Source: Octopus bimaculoides (Eukaryota). From it: 41,595 nt of DNA. A model generated the notes under the pieces. That model had not been told where the DNA came from, did no database searches, and was given only the letters and a program-made list of their open reading frames with translations. The DNA is taken from assembly GCF_001194135.2 (NCBI RefSeq), contig NC_069003.1, forward strand, positions 6,082,377 to 6,123,971. The letters run 5' to 3'. The translations under genes were made by a program, and so were the position numbers. Below are positions 21,311-33,242 of the stretch, one piece after another; the first letter of the stretch is position 1; every line of letters starts with the position of its first letter.

Positions 21311-21846
21311 ATGATAAATCCAGTCATGGAAAAGTAATGTTTCAAATCAGTCCAAAAATATTTCTACCCTCGTTCGTTTTCGCGATGAAATTTTTTTGGC
21401 GGATATTCAAAGCATTTTCATTGCTCCCAATATTTTTAGGTGGTGTGCTTGCATCCTCTGCAACCCCTGTTCCCAAGCCAATGGAAAATGTAAAACATTG
21501 ATTTGTCACTGTGTGCATCCTTGTAGAAAGGATGGAGGGCACGTTTTCATTTAACCTTACAAAACAGAAGTTGCTTTAAAAAATTCATACTACATATTAA
21601 AATTTGAGAACAACCATATTTCATAAAAATAATCGAGGTTTAACAGTTTAATATTTTTTTATGTAGCCTTATCAAATGACAATTAATTTCAATGTGATCT
21701 TCCGACATAGAAAGGTTCTCTCGTGTTTTAGATGATAACGCTACTAATATCTTGATACCATAATTTTGTATCCGGTTGTTAATTGTTAAGCTGCTGATAT
21801 TCTAAGCTGATAAAGATACTAATGTCTTGAACCCATGATTTTAGAT

Positions 21847-22190
21847 CAGTGGTTCTCAACCATTTTTTAGCTAGGGATCCCTTTCAGTACTATTCTATTC
21901 CGGTGAACCCCTATAGCCATTCGGTGTTTAAAAACTGGCTTTATAGATGCTTCTTTCAAATTCCTGTTTTGATTTCACACATCAACTTGCGAAGGTTGAA
22001 TTATACAGAATGTCAGAGAAAGAAACCAAACTGTTTCTTGCAGTAAATACACCAAAATCAAAATTTTTCTTCAAAATATTTCCCTTAAAATACCACTGTG
22101 AATCCCAAATTTACTATTTTGCTCGTGTGGACCCCAACAAAATCATACATGGACCTCAAGGGTCACACGGACCCTGGTTGAGAACTACTG
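21847..22190. mobile_element. hAT (Charlie-like) MITE, copy 2, with TIRs and 8-bp TSD
   Basis: TIRs cagtggttctcaacc / ggttgagaactactg; flanks ttttagat / ttttaaat (1 mismatch). Confidence 0.85.
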
Positions 22191-22630
22191 TTTTAAATCA
22201 AGTTGTTATTTTTTTCTACTTTGGTCCGATTTAAAATGATTAAATTAGTGTCATGGTACATCGACTGTACTCAGGAAAATCTATTTCGATTGTGCATGAT
22301 GAGGATTCAATGAGGAAAGTTTTTGAAAACAAACATGAACTAATTACAAAATTTATTGGTAGAGTCGGAAAAAGTCCAAGACGTTTGATGCATAAATCCC
22401 AGTCCTTTTACCAGTTTATACAATATAATTGTTCAATAACATAATTTAGCAAGCAATTGTACGAGTCCACTACTTGAACACTTGCCAAAAAACGTGAATG
22501 TGTGTCTTGATGGCGTTTACACACGCATTCTACGAGGCATTCGGAATATTTCCTAAAAAAAGATCATTCAACCGAAGACCTGTATGGTAGACTTGTTGCA
22601 ATCATTGATGTAATTAGAGGGAGAGAAAGA

Positions 22631-22660
<30 letters not shown>

Positions 22661-22661
<1 letters not shown>

Positions 22662-22835
22662 GCATACGTTTTGCAAGACGTAGCTGGAGATCTAAACTAA
22701 AATTCATCAGTGATACACGTCTGTGAATGCCTCGACATGGATATACAAGTCGAACAAATACATTCACCAACCAGCTCTGTACGAACACGGCATGTTTTTT
22801 TCTTGGTGTGATCTAGTCGAGAAAATCCAAGCAGG
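22661..22835 (+). mobile_element. RTE-type LINE 3' end fragment
   Basis: Translates as RFARRSWRSKLKFISDTRL*MPRHGYTSRTNTFTNQLCTNT, resembling the RTE C-terminal pattern GHCWRS..ELISDVLLWTP.HG...T.QQLC.DT. Confidence 0.55.
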
Positions 22836-23888
22836 CTCAACCAAATGGTTTAAAAATAAGATTCAGCTATATCCCTCAAATAAGGAACCTTATAGCACAT
22901 AAGTTAACTAAATTAGCTGAGGCTAATTGTCCATGAACAAATATAAACGTATTTCTTATTAACTAGTCATGTAATACTGAACCGATTATAAATGAAGTAG
23001 AGATTACTCTCATGAAAATTGAACCTGAATATAGTAATTAAAAATTATATAGTTATGGTGGAAGGTAGATTTGTATATCATTACTTCAATCATACTTTTT
23101 CTTTAGACACATCGATACAGGAACTCAATATCACAATCCAATTTGAAATAAATATGATACTGATTTAAAACTTTGAAAGATCATGGTAGCGATTTTGATA
23201 GCAATTGGAAGATCCTTCAGCGATACACGCCATATATGAATGAGATATGAAGATGCAGGTTATGTATAATTGGAAAAAAAAGTGTCATAAATACAAGGGC
23301 AGAGATTTCTTACAAATATGTCGTCACTCGGATAAATAATTTCTAAAATATTAGAAGTTCACACAATCACCAGATTACATCGATCAACAATGAGTAATTA
23401 CAATCTCGTTTGATTCTTTATTTCATACCACTTAAACCTCTATAATTATATGTGATACTCAGAGCTTTATCTTCTAGTTTTACCCATTTCAATAAACTTC
23501 ACCAACACAATATAACCCTCGAAACTCTCTATATTACTTTTAATGGTTGAAGGAGTTTTACTTAGTTTTATCTTTGTTCAGCATATCTCCGTTTCGGATT
23601 CATTTCAAATACAAACCAGTTAAAAACCGGAAAAACCAAAACTTACCATTCATTCAACTGACGTATATAATCAAGTATTATCAGCAACATTTCTTCCTCT
23701 TTTTTCGTACTTCACCTCATTTCATTTCCTTAATCTCATGCCCTTCAATTCAGATCCTTGAAGGTTACTACAATGAATATTTGACACACTTCATAACTAA
23801 CTTTCATTCTCCAACTTGCACCGTACATTATTTTGTATCTTGCAACACCGTGTAACATTTTATAACACCTAATATTATGCAATACCAG

Positions 23889-23975
23889 TCCAAATTCCAC
23901 CGAGGTCAACTTTGCCTTTCATCCTTTCGTGGTCGATAAAATAAGTACCAGGTTGAACGCTGGGGTTGACTTACA
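23889..23975 (+). mobile_element. SINE family B fragment
   Basis: caaattccaccgaggtcaactttgcctttcatcctttcgtggtcgataaaataagtaccagg. Other fragments lie at 26585-26880, 32205-32345, 38340-38420 and 39955-40010. Confidence 0.75.
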
Positions 23976-24003
23976 GGACTTTTTATCTTTGTTTTTGTTT
24001 CAG

Positions 24004-24203
24004 CTGGTCCTGCTTTCGACATCATCCCGAAAGAAATCAAGGAACACAAGACCCATAACGCTCAAACGGTAACCGGACAAATTCCTCCAAGAAAAATACA
24101 AACCACCGAGACCCAGATTTCTGTCGGCAAACAACTCCCCACACGAATGGGCTACGACGTGCTAAACAATGACTTGAAAGACTATTCCAGATGGTTCCAT
24201 TAA
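24004..24203 (+). CDS. Candidate exon (unassigned), phase-1 acceptor, 65 open codons to TAA
   Basis: Strong acceptor ttttatctttgtttttgtttcag|. Only one frame is open: GPAFDIIPKEIKEHKTHNAQTVTGQIPPRKIQTTETQISVGKQLPTRMGYDVLNNDLKDYSRWFH*. No homology recognised. Confidence 0.25.
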
Positions 24204-24295
24204 GTTAGACACGGTCTGGGCCAATAACAGCCAAGTTATCTAAGTTACGTACATACTTATACACATACAAACACGCACATGCATATACATACATT

Positions 24296-24330
<35 letters not shown>

Positions 24331-24394
24331 ACATACATACATACATCACACAGCTGCATCCTCGTTACACGAGAAAAGCCATTGCCAAGAAGAC

Positions 24395-25315
24395 TTACTG
24401 AAATGATTCTTGATGGTTGTCATGTGATGCCCTTATATAACTTTTAAATCCAGCCAAGCTTTTACACATTTTATTACATACTATACAACTGTGCTGGCTG
24501 GCAAGAGAAACAGGTGCCACAATATCCACTCTCTTAACATGTCTTTTTAGACCTCCAACTGAGAGGCACACCCTTCCACATTTTACACATGTTCTGTTGT
24601 GAATTTTAATAACCACATCATTGTTTATCATGGGTTGATTTCTGTGAGAATTTTGATGGCTCACCAGGCCTGCACGACTCAAACACCTCCGCCCACAAAC
24701 CACACACATGAAAACCAACACTCTCTCACTTTCCACAGGTTCCCCCTGTTAAGGCCCCTCCAAATTCTCTCATACTTCACTCTCTCTCTCTCTCAAATCT
24801 TGAACAACCATCATGCACTATCTTCTTCCATCTATCATGGTCTTGTGCCTTCCTCTCCCAGTTACCAGCTGCAATTCCTGTCTGTATTAGAGTATCTTTA
24901 AGGCAATCCTTAAACCTTAGTTTAGACTTATGTGCTGGTCTCCTGCCATCTTCCAGTTCACCATACAATAGCTGCTTGGGCAGTCGGTCATCACTCATTC
25001 TTACCAAATGTCCCCTCACCTCAAACGTCTTTGCAAAATCATTGACTCTATACTTCTACTGCCACTCCTCTCAAGCACCTCCACATTACTAATGGCCATT
25101 TTCCAGTTTATCTCCAAAATTTTTCTCAGACAGTATTGATGAAATCCAGTTGCCTTACCTGCCTACGGTAAACAACCCATGCCTCACTTCCATATAGCAA
25201 AGATGGGAGGACACATGTGTTATCTACCTTAACTTTAATTTGTGAAAATATATTATGTTGTTTCCACAAACGCCTATCAAGCCTACTGCAAGCACTACTA
25301 ACCTTGCTGAAAGAA
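24395..25315 (-). mobile_element. RTE/BovB-like LINE 3' part (RT thumb + C-terminal C2H2 fingers), decayed
   Basis: CVLPSLLYGSEAW, GHLVRMSDDRLPKQLLYGEL..GRRP...KLRFKDCLK, NWE..AQD..RW, then three CxxC...H motifs. Confidence 0.9.
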
Positions 25316-25575
25316 GCCCGTCGTATATATATGTACATATCTATGTGTGTGTGTGTGTATTTTTGTCTCTCTTTTTATCCCCCCCCCATCACCGCTTGAC
25401 AACCGGTGTTGGTGTGTTTACGTCCCCATAACTTAACGCTTCAGCAAATGGGACTGATAAAATAAGTACTAGGCTTAAAAAATAAGTTTCGGGGTTCGAT
25501 TTATTCCACTAAAACCCCTCAAGGTGGTGCTCCAGCATGGCTGCTGTCAAATGACTGAAACATGCAAAAATAAAA
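25310..25575 (+). mobile_element. SINE family A, 3' half, truncating the RTE
   Basis: ctgaaagaagcccgtcg...cgcttgacaaccggtgttggtgtgtttacgtcccc...ggtggtgctccagcatggc...tgactgaaac. Confidence 0.85.
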
Positions 25576-25582
25576 TCAAAGA

Positions 25583-25772
25583 ATACATACATACACACAT
25601 ACATACATACATACACACATACATACATACAAACATACATACATACACACATACATACATACATACATACACACATACATACATACATACACACATACAT
25701 ACATACACACATACATACATACAAACACACATACATACATACATACACACATACATACATACATACACACTC
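25583..25772. repeat. (CATA)n/(CA)n compound microsatellite
   Basis: Direct reading. Confidence 0.95.
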
Positions 25773-25884
25773 ACATCCGTAAATCCATCTATCTATGATT
25801 GTGGTGTGTGGGTGTGTATAGTTAATATCGCACATTGTCTTCCCGTAGTCACTTCTCTTGACTATTCAACCAAGTCTCATCATC

Positions 25885-26215
25885 CATTCCCCCCCCCTTT
25901 CTCCCTCTCTATTTCTTCTACTTCCTTCTCTTTCCCTCTCGTCTTCTCCGTTCGTTCAACCCATCTCTCCGTATTTGCTTCTCTATTTTAGCTCTCGTAC
26001 AGTCGTCGTCATCGTCGTGGTGGACGTACTAGTCATTGTTATTGTTTTGTTTTTCTCTCCTTTCTCCTCTTTTCTACTTGACTCACACCTCCACTCATTT
26101 CTTTCTCCGTTTTTTTTTTTTTATATATTCACCTTCTCTTTCTCTTCCGCCCGTCCTGGAACCAAAATTCCACCCCATCCTTCTCTCTCTCTCTCTCTCC
26201 CTCTTTGGCTTTCTT
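25885..26215. repeat. CT-rich low-complexity tract
   Basis: Direct reading. Confidence 0.8.
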
Positions 26216-27157
26216 TATTCTGTATCTACAAATAGTGTTACATTCATATCATTTTGCACCCCCCCCCCGCAAACAAACAAACAAACACACCCATGGACGC
26301 ATGCACACGTATACATACACACAACCGAAGCGCACATACATACGCTTATGAATACAAACGCTCATACATACGCAATCATTCATTCACTCGCATAAACGCG
26401 CGGACACGAAGAGACACACACACATACACACACAAACATACATACATTTTCATGCACATATAGACGTATACATACGCGCACACATATTAATCAACACACA
26501 CACACACACACAGAGGAATAAGCAGAAATACACATATCATAAACTGGTCGAACGAGAAAAGAGATGGACAAATTGCGTTGTCGTAGCTGAGTTCAAATCC
26601 AACCGAACTCGATATTGCTTTTCATCCTTAATGGGTCGGGAGCACAGGAGAAGCCTTAAAGAAGTAGCATTTGTTATTGTTTGGAAGAATAGGGAGCGCG
26701 TGGGACAAAATACTCAGTCGCCTTTCTTCTGGTTCCCCGCCGAGGTCATCTTTGCTTTTCATTCTTACAGGGACAATAAAACAAAGAACTGGTCAAGTAT
26801 CAAGGTCAATTAAATCAACAAACTCACTTCCCTAAAACTGCTTGTCTTGTGACAACATTTGAAACCGTAACTGTTAAACGCTAAGACATCCTAAGACATC
26901 CTTGATATAGAAATTCCTTACTAATAAGCGTATCCCTTTTTTTCAGATCCCTGAGTGTGATTTGTGGGGCATTCCATTGCTATTTCTAGCAAGTCGAGTG
27001 GCCACATAGAAGTTATATTTTGTATTGTGTAAACTCTCTGGGGTTGGTTCTAGGCGTGGCATAGGTATAAAAAGAGAACGAATGGCGTTCAAAACTTACA
27101 CCATAAAAGTCAAGAGGTATGGTGAGAAGTGAATATCTATTTATTTAACAAACTGAC

Positions 27158-27456
27158 GTACTTAGGGTTACGGCCGTTCTTCATGTAGTATTAATTTCAG
27201 TGTGGAAGAAGTTATACTCACATGTTTGCATGAATAATATTTGCTCGCCATTATACACCACAAATATATATTCGCAAACCAATGCGAATTAAGAAAGCCA
27301 GCTCATTAGATCACCAACAACTCAACTGACATTCACTTGCAAATATATAACTGCATTGTATAATACCGTGCATGCATATTAATGCAAACATATAAGCAAC
27401 ATTTCTTCCAATACTACGCGATGAAGGTTTCGAAACGGCCGTAATTCTAAGGATAC
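27158..27456. mobile_element. ~300-bp foldback element (long imperfect palindrome)
   Basis: Three nested arm matches: cttagggttacggccgttcttcatgtagta with tactacgcgatgaag...aacggccgtaattctaag; ggaagaagtt..catgtttgcat with atgcaaacat..aacatttcttcc; attataca..atatattcgcaa with ttgcaaatatat..tgtataat. Confidence 0.75.
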
Positions 27457-28314
27457 TATGTGATTAAATAAATTCTTACAGCTGCAAGCTAATGAAGTTC
27501 ATAATTCTTTTATCTCCCTTGGTGTCCCAATTTCACACACACAGCCACACACACACACATACGTTCTTGAAATGACTTTAGCAGCATGGCTAAATAAATT
27601 TAATCCTACGTGTTTCTTCCATTATATGGGCTAAAAATGCATTGAAGAGGATACTTTAAACTTTGACTCTAAGAAGAGCGAAATCGGTTAGTAAAATTTG
27701 ATTTTCTTTTTCCTGTAAAAGCTCTTCGGTTAAACATGTATGAAAATTTATTCAGTATAACTTTTTTACACATCAAGTTTTTCATAGGAAAACTTTTTTC
27801 TGTACGAAAACTTGTCAGTAAAATATGTTTCTCTCTCTATTTTAGTGTATAAGACTCACTTTGTGAAAATATACACTAATATTTTACAGTAAAACTTTTT
27901 TATGAAAACATTTTTAATGTGAAAACATGTTTGCATCTTTATTTTCCTATATATAAATATGTAATAGAAATATTTACCTTCTACTTAAAAAAAATAAAGC
28001 TTATTTCATTCAAATATAAATGTATACAGTTATATGCTCGCGCGCACACACACACAATGAAGGCAATGTACACAGAAAGAAAAGAAAACTCTGGAAGGAA
28101 ACGTTTTATCAAAAGCTATAGTAATTTAACATTTAACACGAAGGAAAAGCGCCTCGACGTTTTGGAACGCTAGTCCTTCATCGCAAAGATAGAGAAGACA
28201 AATAAAGGATATGTGTGTATGCTTGTGCATGTGCGTGTGTAGTAAGCTGTTGTTTAGCCCCAGGTCAGCTCTAGTCAAAGGCATTTTAGCCTTGACCATT
28301 TCGTCTTATTTTCA

Positions 28315-28870
28315 AAAACATAGCATAGCAAGGCCGCTCGCGAGTGCCACCGGTCACATGTTGTCCAGTACAACCTGTTGCATGGTCGGGTTGTCGGCGA
28401 CTAAACCGGCTCCACCACCAAGCTTATCTGGTAAGGAAAGTTGCTAGAAACTCAGTAGAACAAAAATAATACATGTCGATAGAGGGATCCAAGTTAGGGT
28501 CAACGGTTATATAGCAATAGTGCAGGTGACTCAACAATTTCGGGTCTGTGTTTTGTATTCTGTGAGACCACTGGAAGTGAGGTATACCCTCCCCTTATAT
28601 TTTGTTAACGCATGTTTCTAATAGAAGGCGCTACACTGTCCTTGTCTACATCGGCGGTATAACTGAACAGGGTGTATGGACTCGGCAGCCTTGGTAAGCA
28701 GCCAGATTGAAGAACAACGCCAAGTATTAACCTTCACTGCCTGTGTGTGCTCGGGAAGAGATAAATGCTAAGGGAGTCAACTCCGATAGTAAATCCGGTT
28801 GAAAGAGAATTCAGGGCCTACCGATCCGATTCATTCTGAATAGACCTTGAAGTCACAACGAATAGGTTGT
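28315..28870 (+). mobile_element. Possible 5' UTR remnant of an RTE-type LINE
   Basis: GC-richer block containing ggtcgggttgtcggcgactaaacc and ggcagccttggtaagcagccag, reminiscent of RTE 5' UTRs; no ORF support. Confidence 0.25.
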
Positions 28871-29224
28871 CTCTGACCACCCTCCTCCCATTCTCAGCCT
28901 TGAAGATGGGAATATTTATTCATTCTTACTGGAATTACATTATTCAGTGTGATGTGAGGAACATTTAGCGACTCTTTTTCGTGGAGTGAGCGCCTACGTA
29001 GAAGATCGAAAAAAGAAGTAATGATGAAATAAAGACACACGAGAAAAGTGATTATTTTAGAGTTGGGTCGAATACAGAGTCCCTTGGTTTCTGATGTGAA
29101 CTTCTTAACCACGCATTCATGGCTCTGTGTGTGCTCGCACACACACATACACGCGCGCGCGCGCACACATGCACACACACACATACACACGTACTCATAC
29201 CCATAAAACATGAGTCGGCAAAGT

Positions 29225-29672
29225 GGCCAGTTTGACCTCTGGAACCCAAGAGGTCCATGGACACATGAAACGAATCTCAACATCAAGAGTGTTGAATTAC
29301 TAGTGAACTGAATCTGGAAAAGCGTGGTTGATTTAAGGCTAAAATTCACAAATTTCCAGCCAAATATCGAATAACTAATATTCTCCAAACACATATCTCA
29401 CATTAGCTATTTTGACTATATCAATATAATATGACTAAATTTTTATTGTTCTTTACCAATTTTTTGAGAATTTTCGTTAGATATTTCTTATTAAAAAGCG
29501 ATAATAACACAAAAGAACGAAGGAATTATCGTTTTTATATTAAGAAATTTTCAATTAAATTTACTTTTTAATTTTATTTCAGGAATTTACATGATGGGGG
29601 TCAGATAAGTTATCAACGATCTCGTGAAAGGGTCAGTGATATATTAAGTTGTGCCGACCCCTATATAAAACA
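29225..29672. mobile_element. Degenerate hAT-like MITE remnant
   Basis: gacctctggaacccaagaggtccatgg near the left end and gggggtcag...gaaagggtcagtg...gttgtgccgacccct at the right end, resembling hAT subterminal motifs. Confidence 0.35.
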
Positions 29673-29909
29673 CAGGTCCGACTCTCGCAAAAAGCATATA
29701 CGCTGGTAGCATTAGCATGCTTTCGCGAATTATTTTAATGACCGAATAGTCTCAGACTCAGGGCACACTCTTAGCCTTCTCACTCATGACTAAGCGATAC
29801 GTCCTTGGCGTAACAGATGGAGGAAGAGAGAGATGCACTAGCTCCTGGTTGGTACTTATCACAGTTGAGTGCGATAGAATAAAGCAATGTGGAATGATGT
29901 GCCGTGTAG

Positions 29910-29954
<45 letters not shown>

Positions 29955-30057
29955 GTGAGTCATAATTTGTAGAATTTCTTTATTTAGTCTTTATTATCAC
30001 AACTGTCTGATGAACGGTCAAATAAAACTGAGTAAAAGTTTTAATCGGTTTTAATAA

Positions 30058-30470
30058 AATAGGAGTGGCTGTGTGGTAAGTAGCTTTCTTAACAACCACA
30101 TGCTTCTGGGTTCAGTCCCACTGCGTGGCACCTTTGGCAACTGTCTTCTTCTATAGCCCCCGGCCTACCAGAGTCTTGTGAGTAGATTTGGTAGACGAAA
30201 ACTGAAAGAAGCCCGTCGTATATTTTTTTGTAAATTCCAACAATATATATATATATATATTATGTTTGTGCATCTGTGTTTGTCCCCACCTAACATCGCT
30301 TGACAACCGATGCTGGTGTGTTTACGTCCCCGTAACTTACCGGTTCGGCAAAAGACACCGATAGAATAAGTACTAGGATTACAAAGAATAAGTCCTGGGG
30401 TCGATTTGCTGGACTAAAGGTGGTGCTCCAGAATGGCCGCAGTCAAGTGACTGAAACAATTAAAAGAATA
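30058..30470 (+). mobile_element. Full-length SINE family A
   Basis: aggagtggctgtgtggtaagtagc...gggttcagtcccactgcgtggcacc...ccgcagtcaagtgactgaaacaattaaaagaata, followed by CATA/CTAT tails. Confidence 0.9.
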
Positions 30471-30501
30471 CATACATACATCCATACATACATATCTATC
30501 C

Positions 30502-30540
<39 letters not shown>

Positions 30541-30764
30541 CGTATATACCTTCATACGCATTCATATCTGTGTCAAGCAAACAAAGAGTTGTACATTTAC
30601 TTTAAATATGTTAAATTATTATAGCTTTGAAATATTGATTGTATTATTATTGTGTTGTTGTGACAACTGACACACTGCAGCCTTAGTCAGCATAATTAGA
30701 CTCAATTAGATGGAACACAAGTTAGTGAAGTGTAAACAAGCATTTAATTAAACTGTAATACATA

Positions 30765-30769
30765 TGTGA

Positions 30770-30804
<35 letters not shown>

Positions 30805-31130
30805 TAGGTGTATAAATGCATATATACATATTTATGTGTATACATATATACGTATATGGATACGTACACACACACATACAGATACATATACATACACATA
30901 CATATATATATATATGTATACATATATGCGTGCATCCGTATATACACACACGGATACCTTTAGATATATGCATACATATATGCGTACATACATATGTATA
31001 TGTACGTATGCATATATGTATACATACGTACATACATACATATATATTCGTATGCATACATACATACATAGATATATTCACACATATCTACATGTGTATA
31101 TACATATACATACATACATATACGCATAGA
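30765..31130. repeat. (TG)n and degenerate TA/CA simple repeats
   Basis: Direct reading. Confidence 0.9.
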
Positions 31131-31551
31131 AGAGTTTGCGCATGTGATTAAATGAATATATTAACTTATATCTTTATATTTATTTATGTATTCATACGCA
31201 CTCACACACACACACACACACGCACATAAACACATGATCACACACGTATATCTGTATAGATTGTGGTCGTAGGGGGTCCTCAATATTTCAACAACGCATT
31301 GACACGGAAGCAGTACTGCAAAAGATCGCCAGTTCAACATGTTGTCACGGTCTTGGTGGAGATGCCGTTACACTTCACACTTCAGTTATTTTTTTTACCC
31401 CTATGGAGTTGATGAAAACACTCGTTTGTTTCCCCAGGGATATCACCGGGTTCTTGTATGACCTATTCGAGATATACGTGTCTAGTAGCAACGTGTTTCT
31501 TTAGAGTGCTGTTAACCACCTTGAGGCCCACGGTGTGTGACGTTGCATATG

Positions 31552-31740
31552 TACGAAGGGGTACTGGAAAGTCCCAGATTTTAAGGATGTCGTGGAGACC
31601 CAACAGGGCTTAGAAAAACTGAACGACCGCTGCAAATAAGTGTGTGAATCTGAGAGGGGTATATGTTGAATAAATTCATAATTAACTGATCCTCCTGTGT
31701 TTTCTTTTATCCAAAACCAAGGACTTTTCAGCACCCTAGT
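31552..31740 (+). mobile_element. Mariner-derived MITE, copy 1
   Basis: Ends tacgaaggggtactggaaagtccc / ggacttttcagcaccct. The interior encodes a transposase C-terminus GLEKLNDRCK*VCE/LRGVYVE*. Confidence 0.8.
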
Positions 31741-32866
31741 TTCTGGAGAAATGGAACAAGAGACAAAAACCATCAAAAACGATCAGTGAAGCTCCCTTGA
31801 TAATCTAACCTCCGAAAAGGGAACCGAAACCAGCTGCTTTATAGAAAAGCGGCCAAGTAGCAATAGGATCAATCTTTACAAAAAAGCTTCGGATGATCGA
31901 AGTCCGTTTATTATTTGCCGTCTCTACAACGTATTGCATTAGCTGTAAGTTATGGTAGGTAGATCTGCCGGGTATTGCACAGGTCTATTCTCCGTCGACC
32001 GTGTACCCAGCAACAAGCGCCAACACTTCACAAAACACTTTGACCAAAATCTCAAATCCAACTTTCAATAGAATTATGGTCCTGAAATTATCAATAGATT
32101 ATACTCCATCGATTCAACTCAGTGTATTTTCTGATTCATAACTCACACTGTATTGGTGTTCCATAGGGATTTTTTTTTTCACGGAGAAAATGCCTGGTGG
32201 TATGTTCTGGGTTCAAATTTCGCCAAAGTTAACTTTGCCTTTTTGGATCAACAGAATAAGGGACCAGTCAAGTACTAGGAGTGATGGTATCCACTAAGCA
32301 CCTCCCGCCAAATTTCATACCTTGCACTTGTATAAGAAAATAACTTTGTATAGCCCATGAATTGGGTTTCAACAAATAGATCTTTATTCAAAGGCTTTCC
32401 AGACGTGACCATGCAACTTTTTATGAGCTGTCGAATATGCATTGCATAATCCAATGTTTCTCCGTGAATATTTCTTAGTGGTCGGTTGATCTGCATGAAA
32501 TAGCAGCCAACTCTCCCTCAGATGCAACAACCGTTTTGAAGGCTACTACAGCAAGAAGTGGGATAATGTCAAGTAGGAGGAGGGTACTTGACAAGGTAGA
32601 AAACACGAAGAAAAAAATTGTGACTTCTGACTCATCTTAGCTAGAAATATAACAGTTTTGACCCAGATTCTCGCCATAACATATTTACTTCTTAGTTTAG
32701 AATAAGTCAATTGGTGTTTTCATTTATTCCTTATACTTTCATATTCATACACAATTAAACATACTCTAATATTTCCCCTACTTTGCTATAATTATACGCT
32801 CTCGTACACACGCATGTATACATACATACATACACACACATAAACACACACACACANNNNNNNNNN

Positions 32867-32909
<43 letters not shown>

Positions 32910-32910
<1 letters not shown>

Positions 32911-33240
32911 TGGTATTCCGTCGCTTACGACGATGAGTGCTGCAGTCGATCCGATCGACAGAACAGCCTGCTTGTGATATTAACGTGCAAGTGGCTGAGC
33001 ACCCCATAGAAACGCGTACCTTTAATTTAGTTCTCAGGGAAATTCAGCCTGACACAGACTGTGACGAGGCTGACTTTTGAAATACAGATACTACTCTTTT
33101 TTTCTGGCAGTTGAGTGGAGGAACGTGAAGCAAAATGTCTTGCTCAAGGACAAAACGCGCCACCGGGTATCGAAATCACGACCTTACGATCGTGAGCCGA
33201 GTACTCGAACAACCCATTCACGCGCATTCACTACATGCAT
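32910..33240 (-). mobile_element. SINE family C
   Basis: Reverse complement collinear with 20262-20568 (ttgtccttgagcaagacatttt, ctcagccacttgcacgttaat). Confidence 0.8.
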
Positions 33241-33242
33241 GC

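Noticed and set aside
28894-29394. 166-aa minus-strand ORF
   Set aside because: Runs through a (CA)n tract and a degenerate SINE head; no domain recognised.
30007-30030. CTGATGA motifs at 30007, 33465, 2717(-), 8125(-), 22705(-) as hammerheads
   Set aside because: No stem II plus GAAA plus stem I arrangement.
30058-30135. A-box/B-box sequences as tRNA genes (also 15760, 20265)
   Set aside because: No complete cloverleaf; they continue into SINE bodies.
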